Under the pieces are notes generated by a model. That model had not been told where the DNA came from, ran no database searches, and saw only the letters and a program-made list of their open reading frames with translations. A program made the translations under genes and the position numbers. This document shows, in pieces, positions 17,603 to 26,691 of a stretch of DNA of 64,000 bases (positions within the stretch are counted from its first letter, which is position 1; each line of letters opens with the position of its first letter). This DNA is from an uncultured Alphaproteobacteria bacterium (GTDB taxonomy: Bacteria > Pseudomonadota > Alphaproteobacteria > Acetobacterales > Acetobacteraceae): contig CAWIBZ010000003.1 in NCBI GenBank assembly GCA_963834475.1, positions 26,701 to 90,700 on the forward strand, read 5' to 3'.

Positions 17603-19271
17603 TGGTCAAAATCCTCGGGCCTGACGGCCAGCCACTACAGCCAGTGCGGCAACGTGGCATCGCTGGCGGGCCGCCTCGCGCTCGAGCATTGCACGGTCGC
17701 GGGCACGCGCCATATGACGCGGCGGACCTTTACAATCCGCAGATGGCTGCATGGACGCCATATCTGTGGTCGCCAGATGGCGAGACTAGTCAGTTTTTTC
17801 GTGACCGCATCGTCTCGCGCGCCCGCGACGTCGAGCGCAACGATGGCTGGGCACGCGGCGGCATCACGCGGATCCTGGATAACGTCATCGGTGCGGAGTT
17901 CCGGCCGATCAGCAAGCCTGACTATCGGGCGCTGTCATACCACACCGGAAACAAGGCCTTTGACGCCGTTTGGGCCGATGAATTCGGCCATGCGATTGAC
18001 GCCTGCTGGCGCACCTGGTCGGACGATATCGGCCACCACGCCGATGCCATGCAGTGCCTGACCGTTCCGCAGCTCATGTGGGTCGCGATGCGGCACAAGC
18101 TGATTGACGGCGATGCGCTGGCGGTCATGCTTTACCGGCCGGAGATCCTTGGTCCAGGTCGGGCGCGCTATGCCACCTGCGTCCAGGTGATTGATCCGGA
18201 CCGGCTCAGCAACCCGCAGTTGAAGTTCGATGACAACGCGAACCGCGGTGGCGTCCTGGTCGACGATTTCGGCGTGCCGCAGGGCTATTGGATCCGGCGA
18301 GCGCACCAGGGCGACTGGTTCAGCGCGGCGAAAAGCGTCCAATGGGATTTCCTCCCGCGCGCCACGGACTGGGGCCGGCCGATCGTGGTCCACGACTACG
18401 ATCACGACCGCGCGGCGCAGCACCATGGCGGCATCGGCGTTCTACGCCGATTCTGCAGCGCCTGAAGATGCTCAGCCGCTACGACAGCACCGAGCTCGAC
18501 GCGGCGGTCATCAACGCGATCTTCTCGGCCTATGTCCGCAGCCCCTACGATCAAGGAGATGGTCGATGAGGCAATGGCAGCCGGCGACGGCGCCGAAGAC
18601 GTGCCGCTCGGCGAGTATCAGGACATGCGCCGGGATTGGTGGCGGGATCGCCGCTCGCTGATCGGCGACGTGCAGATGACGCATCTGTTCCCGGGCGAAG
18701 AGATCGGCACGGTCAATGCCGCCAGGCCGACGACGAATTTCGAGCCGTTTGAGGTCGCCATCCTCCGCCACGTCGCGGGCGGCATCGGCGTGACCTATGA
18801 ACAGCTGAGCGGCGACTTCTCGCGGACCAACTATTCAAGCTTTCGCGGCGCCACGAACGAGAGTTTTGAAAACTTTCAACCGGCGGGCCAAGGGGTTCGA
18901 AGTTGGCTTCGCCAACCCGATCCGTGCGGCATTCCTGGAAGAGGTGATGGACGTCGAAGATGTGCCGCTTCCGGCGGGCGCGCCGGCCTTCATGGATTTC
19001 CGCGTCGGCCTATTCGAAGTGCCGCTGGCTGAAGCCAGGCCGCGGTTGGACCAATCCCCTCGACGAAATCCGCGCATCAACGCTCGCCATGCAGGGTGGA
19101 TTGTCCACGCTGGAGAACGAGGCGGCTGAGCAGGGCGCTGACTGGGAAGAAATCGTAGACCAGAGAGCCGTCGAGATCGCGCGCTTCAAGGAGCGCGGGC
19201 TCGAATTGCCAGAAATCTATCAGGGCGTCGTATCCCAGCCGGACGGCGGGAAGATTGGATCGGGAGGGTAA
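17602..19271 (+). pseudogene. Lambda-family portal protein, about 4 frameshifts
   Basis: SRARDVERNDGWA, IDPDRLSNP, YEQLSGDFSRTNYSS, PGRGW..P..E spread over successive frames. Confidence 0.9.
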
Positions 19272-19272
19272 A

Positions 19273-20165
19273 ATGATGAACCGCCTCCCTCACCTCGCTC
19301 AGCGCATGTTCAACGTCCCGGTCGCGATCGCGCCGGCGAAAGCCGAGGTCATCATCGCCGCCTTGGCTGACCGGCTGGGCATCGCTCACATGTTCCGGGC
19401 CAATGGTGAGCCGTCGCGCTCACGCCAGTGGCATTCGACGATGACGGCGAAGTGCTTTCAGCACCGCGATCCGACCGCGGCGATAAGGGATATGATATCG
19501 TCGAAGGCGTGGCGGTAATCCAGGTCTGCGGAACGTTAGTGCAGAAGAACGGCTATCTGCGGCCCTTCAGCGGGATGACGGGTTACGATGGCATCCGGCA
19601 GAATTTCTGACTGCGCTTTACGATCCGGCCGTCAAGGCGATCGTGCTGGACATCGACAGTCCGGGCGGCGAGGTGCGCCGGGCTGTTTCGATCTTGTGGA
19701 CGAGATCTACCATGCCCGTGGCGAAAAGCCGATCTGGGCAATCCTCAACGAGATTGCCTACTCGGCGGCCTATGCCATCGCCAGCGCAGCGACCACATCA
19801 CCGTCCCGCGCACCGGCGGCACAGGATCGATCGGCGTCGTGCGCTGCGCACGTCGACTGTCGCAAGGCGCTGGACGGGGGCGGGCGTAGCCGTAACATTC
19901 ATCCAATACGGCGCACGCAAGACTGATGGCGCGGCCGAAAAGCCGCTCAGCGACGAAGCGCTGGCGCGGTTCCAGGCCGACATCGACAGCATGGGCGAGA
20001 TTGTTCGTTGAGACCGTCGCCCGCAATCGCGACATCGCCGCGAGCAAGATCCGCGCGATGGAGGCTGGAACATTTCTAGGTGCTGCGGGGGTGCGATCGG
20101 GCCTCGCTGATGCCGTTATGGCTCCCGACGCCGCCTTCCGCGAGCTGCTCAACAGCCTCGCCTGA
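19273..20165 (+). pseudogene. S49 head maturation protease (gpC-like), several frameshifts
   Basis: SGMTGYDGI, LDIDSPGG, AYSAAYAIASA, GARKTDG, GLADAV in shifting frames. Confidence 0.88.
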
Positions 20166-20185
20166 CCCTCAAGGAGTAATATCAC

Positions 20186-20884
20186 ATGCGACAGACCCTG
20201 ATGGCGGGCGCATCCTCGTTCGCCCACCTGCTCGGCCGCGCGCCGAAAGCCGCCAAAGCCGCCGACAAGGACAAAGATCCCACCTGCGCCGACGACGATC
20301 TGGACGACGAGAAGGGCGACGGCGACGATGAGGGCGATGGCCCGAAGGACGGCAAGAAGTCCAAGCGCGCCGAAAGCCCGGAGAAGGATGAAGAGACCGA
20401 CGAGCGCGAGGAACGCGACGAGGAGGAGAGCGGCGACGCCAAGAAGTCGAAGAAGGCCAAGGGCAAGCGCGCCGAGGCCGATGACGACGAAGGCGACGAC
20501 GGCGAGTCCGGCGATGACGACGAGGAAGGCGACGACGGCTCCGATGGCGCCGACATGCGCAAGAAAAGCGCCCGCGCGGCTCGTCTGCGCGAACGCGCCC
20601 GCTGCTCCGCGATCTTCAAGGACGCCGCCGCCGGCAAGAACCCGGCGCTGGCCGCGCAGCTCGCCTTCGGCACCTCCCTGCCGCGCAGCGAGGCGATCAG
20701 CGTCCTCCGCGCGGGCGGCCTGGCTGTCGCGTCTTCGCCACGCCGCCCGACGCTCGACGAGCGCATGGCGGCCGTGAAGGTGCCCTCGGTCGGTGCTGGC
20801 GATGCCGGTCGTCCGGCCTCCGGCGCACAGAGCGTTGCGCAGCAAATCATCGCGGCGGGCAAGCGCGCCCGCGGCGAAGCCTGA
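20186..20884 (+). CDS. Scaffold-like acidic head protein
   Basis: D/E/K low-complexity tract; ERARCSAIF...LAF.T.L motif; between protease and decoration protein. Confidence 0.75.
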   Translation: MRQTLMAGASSFAHLLGRAPKAAKAADKDKDPTCADDDLDDEKGDGDDEGDGPKDGKKSKRAESPEKDEETDEREERDEEESGDAKKSKKAKGKRAEADDDEGDDGESGDDDEEGDDGSDGADMRKKSARAARLRERARCSAIFKDAAAGKNPALAAQLAFGTSLPRSEAISVLRAGGLAVASSPRRPTLDERMAAVKVPSVGAGDAGRPASGAQSVAQQIIAAGKRARGEA

Positions 20885-20908
20885 TCCACACCACAGGAGC
20901 ACCATTCG

Positions 20909-21692
20909 ATGGTTCTTATCGTCAACACTGTCGGCGACAACCCTCAGCAGCCGATGATCACGGCTGAGACCTACATTCCGGATCAACTGATTGCCGGGGC
21001 AAAGAATCTCGTCACCCAGCCGATCGTGCTCGCGGCCGGTTCCCAGCTGCCGCGCGGCACCGTGCTCGGCCAGCAGACCAGCTACAGCGTGACCGCGACT
21101 GCCGGCACCAATACCGGCACCGGCACCATCGGCTCGATCAGCGCCGGGTCCACGGCGCAACTCGATATCACCATCGGCGCCACGACCTACGGTTATCTGC
21201 TGACCGCGACCAGCGCGACCACCTTCACGGTCCAGTCGCCGGAAGAGCAGACCCCGGGCGGACAGACGACCGGCGGCTCGACCGCGCTGCCCAACGCGAC
21301 GGTCGGCACGGCCTACAACTCCGGTGGCATCGCCTTCACCATCACCGCCGGCGGGACCGCCTTCGTCGCGGGCGATAGCTTCACCCTGAACGTGGTCGAT
21401 TCGATCGGCAACTTCATCGTGTCGGTCAAAACGGCGAGCGACGGCAGCCAGAACCCCGTGCGCGATCCTCGCGGACTTTGCCGATGCTACCAATGGACCG
21501 GTCACCACCGGCGCCTATGTCGCGGGCGAGTTCAACGTGAACGCGATCAACTATGACGCGTCCTGGACCCCGGAACTGCTGACGACCGCGCTGCGGCAAT
21601 ACGCGATCTTCCTCAAGGGCTCGGTGGTCGCCGCGGATCCGCCGAACGACAGCGCGCTGTCGACGCAGCCGACCGTTCAGAATTTCGCCTGA
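20909..21692 (+). pseudogene. Head decoration protein (gpD-like, Thr/Gly-rich insertion), frameshift at ~21460
   Basis: YIPDQLIAG...LPRGTVLG...ASDGSQNP then ILAD...Y.AGEFN in the next frame. Confidence 0.85.
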
Positions 21693-21729
21693 CGGGCGAG
21701 CCTCATCCGCCCCTTAGGCAAGGGCGTCC

Positions 21730-21775
21730 TGCACTGCCGTGACGGCAGCGCGTCCCTGAGATGGAGCCTCCTCAC
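21730..21775 (+). promoter_or_regulatory. Late-leader GUGA hairpin/RBS motif, copy 2
   Basis: CTGCC-GTGAC-GGCAG...CGTCCCTGAGATGGAG. Confidence 0.65.
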
Positions 21776-22851
21776 ATGGCCGGTGATCCGTTCGTCTATG
21801 ACACCAACACGCTCATTCAGGTGGTCCCCAACCTGAAGCGGGCGCAGTCCTTCCTGCTCGACAAGTTCTTCCCGAACATCGTCCTGAGCGATTCCGAGTT
21901 CGTCTCGATCGACGTCGACGTCGGCAAGCGCCGGATGGCGCCGTTCGTCTCGCCGCTGGTCGAGGGCAAGCTGGTCGAGCAGCGCCGCATCCAGACCAAC
22001 ATCTTCAAGCCCGCCTACATCAAGGACAAGCGCGCGCCGGATCTGCGCAAGCCGGTCCGCCGCATGATCGGCGAGCGCATCGGCGGCGAGCTGACCGGCG
22101 CCGAGCGCGAGATGGCGAACCTCGAATTCGAGATGACGGATCAGATCGACATGCTGACCCGCCGCCTCGAATGGATGGCCGCCAGGCGCTGCACGACCGG
22201 CACCGTGACGGTCGTCGGCGAAGGCTTCCCGACCGCGCTGATCGATTTCGGCCGCGACTCCAGCCTGACGGTTGCGCTCACCGGCAATGACCAGTGGGGC
22301 GTCTCGGCCAACTTCAACGCCGACGGCCGTGATCCGGTCCCCGTCGCAGACGATCGAGAATGGCAGCACGCAGATCCTGAAGGAGTCCGGCGCGCAGGTC
22401 ACGGACATCATCTTCACCACGACCCCCTGGCAGAAGTTCCTCGACCGCCGAGGGCGTGCAGGGCGCGGTCTACTATCCGAAGCTGGGCGACTTCCCGAAC
22501 TCCATCAACCCGGGCGCGCAGATCCAGCAGGGCGCCGTCTACAAGGGCCGCTGGGGTCAGTACGACCTCTGGCTCTACAACGACTGGTACGTCGACGAGA
22601 ACAACATCGAACAGCCGATGATTCCGGATGGAACCATCGTGCTGTCCGGCCAGGAAATGATGGGCACCCGCGCCTTCGGCCAGATCCTGGACCCCGCCTT
22701 CAATTACGAGGCGCTGGCCTTCGCGCCGAAGACCTGGGTCGAGAACGATCCGGCGCAGCGCTTCATCCTGATGCAGTCGAGCCCGATCGTGATCCCGTCG
22801 CGCGTCAACGCGGCGATGGCGATTACGGTGTGCGCCGGGAGCCAGAACTGA
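21776..22851 (+). pseudogene. Major capsid protein, lambda gpE family, frameshifted
   Basis: FLLDKFFP, RRMAPFVSP, FKPAYIKDK, RRLEWMA, W.ENDPAQRFILMQSSP across three frames. Confidence 0.92.
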
Positions 22852-23105
22852 TGAGCGATCAGAAACCCGCCGCCCGGCCCGGTGAGGCGAAGCAGGAGCT
22901 GGTAACGGCGTCGATCGCCGCGCGCCGCTCTCTGGTGATCAACGGCCAGACGCACGGGCCGGGAACGCAGGTGCGGCTCCCGGTGGAGGAACATGCCCGC
23001 CTCCTCGCCGCCGGCTTCCTGCACGACACCCGTGTCGTGCAGCTCGAGCCCGGCTCGGGCCCGCAGTTCCGCGGGCCGGTCGACGGCGTCGTGCGCCCGA
23101 CCTGA
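22851..23105 (+). CDS. Small virion/head-completion protein
   Basis: HGPGTQVRLPVEEHARLLAAGFL; coupled to the capsid stop. Confidence 0.65.
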   Translation: MSDQKPAARPGEAKQELVTASIAARRSLVINGQTHGPGTQVRLPVEEHARLLAAGFLHDTRVVQLEPGSGPQFRGPVDGVVRPT

Positions 23106-23108
23106 GCC

Positions 23109-23474
23109 ATGGCGATCGACTGGGACCAGGTGGTGATCAGGCCGACGGTCGCGATCTTCGGCGAGCGCGTGCGCTATGAGCCGAGCCTCGGCCGCCCCTT
23201 CCCGGTCACCGGCGTCTTCGACCAGCAGTATCTCGAGCTCACCCCGCTCGGCCGAGGTGGGCCCGATAGCGAAAGCTGGTCGATGGCTTCGCCAGGCGCG
23301 ATCAGTGCCGAGATGCCGGTGCTCGGAATCCGGCTCGCGCAATTCCGCACGCCGCCCGAGCAAGGCGACCTGCTGACGATCGAGAGCGGCCGCTTCCGCG
23401 GCGAGCGCTTCATCGTCAAGGAAGTCCGCGAGGACGGCCACGGCGGCGCAAAGCTCCTGCTCAACGCGGTGTGA
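23109..23474 (+). CDS. Head-tail joining (stopper, gpFII-like)
   Basis: GVFD...P.QGD.LTI....FIVKEVREDGHGGAKLLL. Confidence 0.8.
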   Translation: MAIDWDQVVIRPTVAIFGERVRYEPSLGRPFPVTGVFDQQYLELTPLGRGGPDSESWSMASPGAISAEMPVLGIRLAQFRTPPEQGDLLTIESGRFRGERFIVKEVREDGHGGAKLLLNAV

Positions 23475-23478
23475 TGAC

Positions 23479-24021
23479 ATGCCCCTGATCGACGGGATTT
23501 CCCGCAAAGCGCTCGAGGCCCGGGCGATCAAGGCCCTGATCGACGCCCGGACCATGGCCTTCGATCGGGTCTATTCACCACGATCCTGGCCGACCAAGGC
23601 CGACCTCTTCCCGGCGATCATCGTGCAGACACCGGTCGAGCGAAAAGTCGCGATCGGCCGCGGCATCGACCAGTTCAATGCCTACATCAGGCTCGTCGCT
23701 GTCGGCCGCGTCTGGCGCGCGTCAGAAGAAGAGGCGCAAGCCGATATCGATCTGCTCTCCGGTCAGATCGAGGAAGCGCTGCTCTGCAACAATGATTTCT
23801 CCAACGCCGTGCAGCAGTTCACGACGATTGAAACCACCTCCGCCATCAACACGGACAGCCGCAATATCATCGGCGACGTCGGCCTCGCCTTCGAATGCGA
23901 GGTCTACCAGGTCTATGGACCGGTCGGCGTGCCGCTCGTGGGCGTCGACATGACCATCACCAACGGACCCGGCGGCGCCCCATTGGCGCAGGCGAAGGTC
24001 TCCTTCCCGCAGACGTCCTAG
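23479..24021 (+). CDS. Tail terminator-like protein
   Basis: RVYSPRSWPT..D.FPAIIV...; position before the sheath. Confidence 0.7.
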   Translation: MPLIDGISRKALEARAIKALIDARTMAFDRVYSPRSWPTKADLFPAIIVQTPVERKVAIGRGIDQFNAYIRLVAVGRVWRASEEEAQADIDLLSGQIEEALLCNNDFSNAVQQFTTIETTSAINTDSRNIIGDVGLAFECEVYQVYGPVGVPLVGVDMTITNGPGGAPLAQAKVSFPQTS

Positions 24022-24036
24022 TTCAGGAGCACAGAT

Positions 24037-24237
24037 ATGTTCGTCAAGCCAGGGACGAGCCGGCGCACCGGCTTGACCGTGAAGGTGCGCGTGCCGCGCA
24101 CCAAGGCGCTGCTGCCGGCCGACGGCGCCGAGGTTCCCAATACGGGCTTCTGGCTGCGCCGCCTGCGCGACGGTGACGTCGTCCTCGCCGATGCCCCAGC
24201 CCCGACGCCGGCCGTGGTGCAGAAGGAGGAGCGCTGA
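24037..24237 (+). CDS. DUF2635 Mu-like small tail protein
   Basis: MFVKP...VR.P....LPADGAEVP...FWLRRLRDGDV. Confidence 0.85.
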   Translation: MFVKPGTSRRTGLTVKVRVPRTKALLPADGAEVPNTGFWLRRLRDGDVVLADAPAPTPAVVQKEER

Positions 24238-24238
24238 T

Positions 24239-25762
24239 ATGTCCGGCACTTCCATCAATATCCCCGGCTATAACGCCCAGAATCGCGTCCCCGGCGTCTT
24301 CGCCGTGGTCGACGCCAGCCAGGCGAATACCGGCCAGTATAATCAGCTGACGTTGCTCATCGGTCAGATGACCTCCGCGGGCACGGCGGTGCCGGGCCAG
24401 GCGGTGATCTCGGCCGGAATCGGCGAGGCGCAGACGAGCTACGGCGCCGGCTCGCAGCTTGCGATCGCGGTCGAGCGCTATCGCAACCTCGACCCCTTCG
24501 GCACGGTCTATTGCCTGCCGCTCGCAGACGCCTCCGGCGCGATCGCGGCGACCGCGACCATCGCGCTCTCCGGCACGGCGACGGCCGCAGGAACGATCCC
24601 GCTCTATATCGACGGCAATTTCATCCAGGTTCCCGTCAATCTCAGCGAGACCGCAGCGGCGGTCGCCACCGCTATGGCAGCGGCGATCAACGCCTTTACG
24701 ACGCCGGACGGCAATCCGCTGTCGATGACCGCGACCGTGACTTCGGGTACCGTCACCCTCACCCAGCTCAACAAAGGCACCATCGGCAACGAGTCCGTCG
24801 TCCTGCTCTCCTTCCTCGGCGTCGGTGCCGGCCAGGGCCAACCCGGCACGACCAACGTCCCCGGTATCACTGCGACGATCACCGCTTTCGCCGGTGGAGA
24901 GACCGATCCGACGGTCGCCACCGCGCTCGCGAACCTGCCGGCGACCTCCTACGATTTCATCTGGTGCCCCTACCACGATGCGACCTCGCTCGGCGCGATC
25001 AGCTCCTTCCTCGGCGAATCGGCGGGCCGCTGGAACTGGTCGAGCGAGCTCTTCGGCGTCGCCTTCACCGCCTATAACGGCACCTTCGCCACCCGCACGA
25101 CCTGGGGCAGGACGCAGAACGACCAGTTCCTCACCGCGATCGGCGCCTACGGCAGCCCGAACCCGGACTGGCACTGGTCGGTCGACTACTGCGCGGCGGC
25201 GGCCGTCAGCCTCCGCGCCAATCCGGCCGTGCCGGTCGGTGGCCTCGCCGGCGGTGTCGCGCTCAATGTCATGGCCCCGGCGGTCGCGAACCTCGACAGT
25301 TTCGAGGAGCAGGACACACTCCTGTTCGACGGTCTGTCGACCTATGTGGCGACACAATCCGGCCAGGTGCTGGTCAGCCGCGCGATCACGACCTTCCAGC
25401 AGAGCAGCGCCGGCGTGCCGAACGATGCCTTCCTCAGCCTGAACGTTCCCTACCAGTTGATGGCCTATATCCGCGCCGTGCGGTCGATGATCCAGTCGCA
25501 GTTCAACCAATGCATCCTGGTCGCGGACGGCACCAAGATCCCGGCCGGCTCCGCGATGGTGACCAGCCAGACGATCCTCTACTCGATCATCGCCCTCTAT
25601 CAGCAGCAGTGCACGACCGGCCTGGTGCAGAACGCCACCGCTTTCGCGGCGCAGGCGGTCGCCCAGAATGCCGGTAATGGGCTGGTGGCGGCGATGCTGC
25701 CGATCATGCTCGGCAACCAGCTGATCAACGTGGCGATGGATATCCGCTTCACCCAGCCCTGA
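24239..25762 (+). CDS. Tail sheath protein (Mu gpL-like)
   Basis: RVPG.FA.VDASQAN, YGAGSQL, GRW, LLFDGLST, RAITT.Q. Confidence 0.93.
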   Translation: MSGTSINIPGYNAQNRVPGVFAVVDASQANTGQYNQLTLLIGQMTSAGTAVPGQAVISAGIGEAQTSYGAGSQLAIAVERYRNLDPFGTVYCLPLADASGAIAATATIALSGTATAAGTIPLYIDGNFIQVPVNLSETAAAVATAMAAAINAFTTPDGNPLSMTATVTSGTVTLTQLNKGTIGNESVVLLSFLGVGAGQGQPGTTNVPGITATITAFAGGETDPTVATALANLPATSYDFIWCPYHDATSLGAISSFLGESAGRWNWSSELFGVAFTAYNGTFATRTTWGRTQNDQFLTAIGAYGSPNPDWHWSVDYCAAAAVSLRANPAVPVGGLAGGVALNVMAPAVANLDSFEEQDTLLFDGLSTYVATQSGQVLVSRAITTFQQSSAGVPNDAFLSLNVPYQLMAYIRAVRSMIQSQFNQCILVADGTKIPAGSAMVTSQTILYSIIALYQQQCTTGLVQNATAFAAQAVAQNAGNGLVAAMLPIMLGNQLINVAMDIRFTQP

Positions 25763-25822
25763 CCGAGGCGGGCCCCGGCCCGCTTCGCTTCGCCCTGACC
25801 GCCGCCTGGGCGCGGCGGCCTC

Positions 25823-25865
25823 TGCAGCGCCGTGATGGCGCCGCCTCCCCCAGATGGAGATTCTC
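25823..25865 (+). promoter_or_regulatory. Late-leader GUGA hairpin/RBS motif, copy 3
   Basis: GCGCC-GTGAT-GGCGC...CCTCCCCCAGATGGAG. Confidence 0.65.
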
Positions 25866-26240
25866 ATGAGCGGCTCGAATATGAGGCTCGCCGGCGTCGT
25901 CGCCCTCACGATCAATGGCGCCACCTGGAACGTGGTCGGGGATCTTGAGTATTCCCCGACGACCGTGCTGCGCGAGACGCAGAAAGGCCAGAGCGCCGTC
26001 GAGGGTTATTCGGAAATGCCGCAGCAGGGCTCGGTTTCCGCGAACCTGCGCGACCAGGGCGGCACGACCATCGCCAGCCTGAATAGCCTCACCAGCGCCA
26101 CCATCATCGCCCAGCTCGCCAACGGCAAGACCGTCTATGCGACGCCGATGTGGCAGGTCGGCGAAATTGCCGTGAACACCCAGGAGGCCTCCTTCAAGAT
26201 CACCTTTGAAGGGCCCTCCGTCATTGAGGATATCGCCTGA
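25866..26240 (+). CDS. Tail tube protein (Mu gpM-like)
   Basis: RLAG...RET.KGQ..V.GYSEMP...LANGK. Confidence 0.9.
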   Translation: MSGSNMRLAGVVALTINGATWNVVGDLEYSPTTVLRETQKGQSAVEGYSEMPQQGSVSANLRDQGGTTIASLNSLTSATIIAQLANGKTVYATPMWQVGEIAVNTQEASFKITFEGPSVIEDIA

Positions 26241-26557
26241 TGTCGGATACGACCGAGACGAAGGACTTGCCGGATCAGATCACGATCGCACTGAACCCGC
26301 CGGTCGTTTTCGATCAGCGGGAATATCCGCAGCTCGTGTTGCGCGAGCCGCGCGCCGGCGACGTGCTGCTCGCTGAGCAGCAGGTCAAGAACAGCGTCAA
26401 TCCCTGGACGATCCGCAATCGCCAGATCCATCTCATCGCCAAATGCGCCGATGTGCCGCTGCCGGTGATCGAGAAGCTGCCGATGCGGAAGTACAATCAG
26501 GCCTGGGCCTTCATCAGCCCTTTTTTCGACGCTGGCCTCGAAACTACCGCGAACTGA
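26240..26557 (+). CDS. Tail assembly chaperone (G)
   Basis: LVLREPRAGD motif; between tube and tape measure. Confidence 0.85.
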   Translation: MSDTTETKDLPDQITIALNPPVVFDQREYPQLVLREPRAGDVLLAEQQVKNSVNPWTIRNRQIHLIAKCADVPLPVIEKLPMRKYNQAWAFISPFFDAGLETTAN

Positions 26558-26691
26558 TCGCGCAGCTCACCCGCTTCTATCACTGGCATCCGGCGGCCAC
26601 GGACGACATGACCGCGTCCCAGCTCGCCTGGTGGGTGGTGCAGGCGAACGAGATGGTGGCGAGGGAACGACAGAATGTCCGGCGCCGCTAA
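26518..26691 (+). other. -1 programmed frameshift site and G-T extension
   Basis: In-frame C CCT TTT TTC slippery heptamers; the -1 frame encodes FYHWHP...MTASQLAWW (P2 E'-like). Confidence 0.75.

Noticed and set aside
20280-20560. GACGAC/GAGGAG low-complexity tract
   Set aside because: Explained by the acidic scaffold-like protein sequence
17602-22851. Head-gene frameshifts as programmed recoding or phase variation
   Set aside because: No slippery heptamers or long homopolymers; mixed +1/-1 single-base indels look like error or decay
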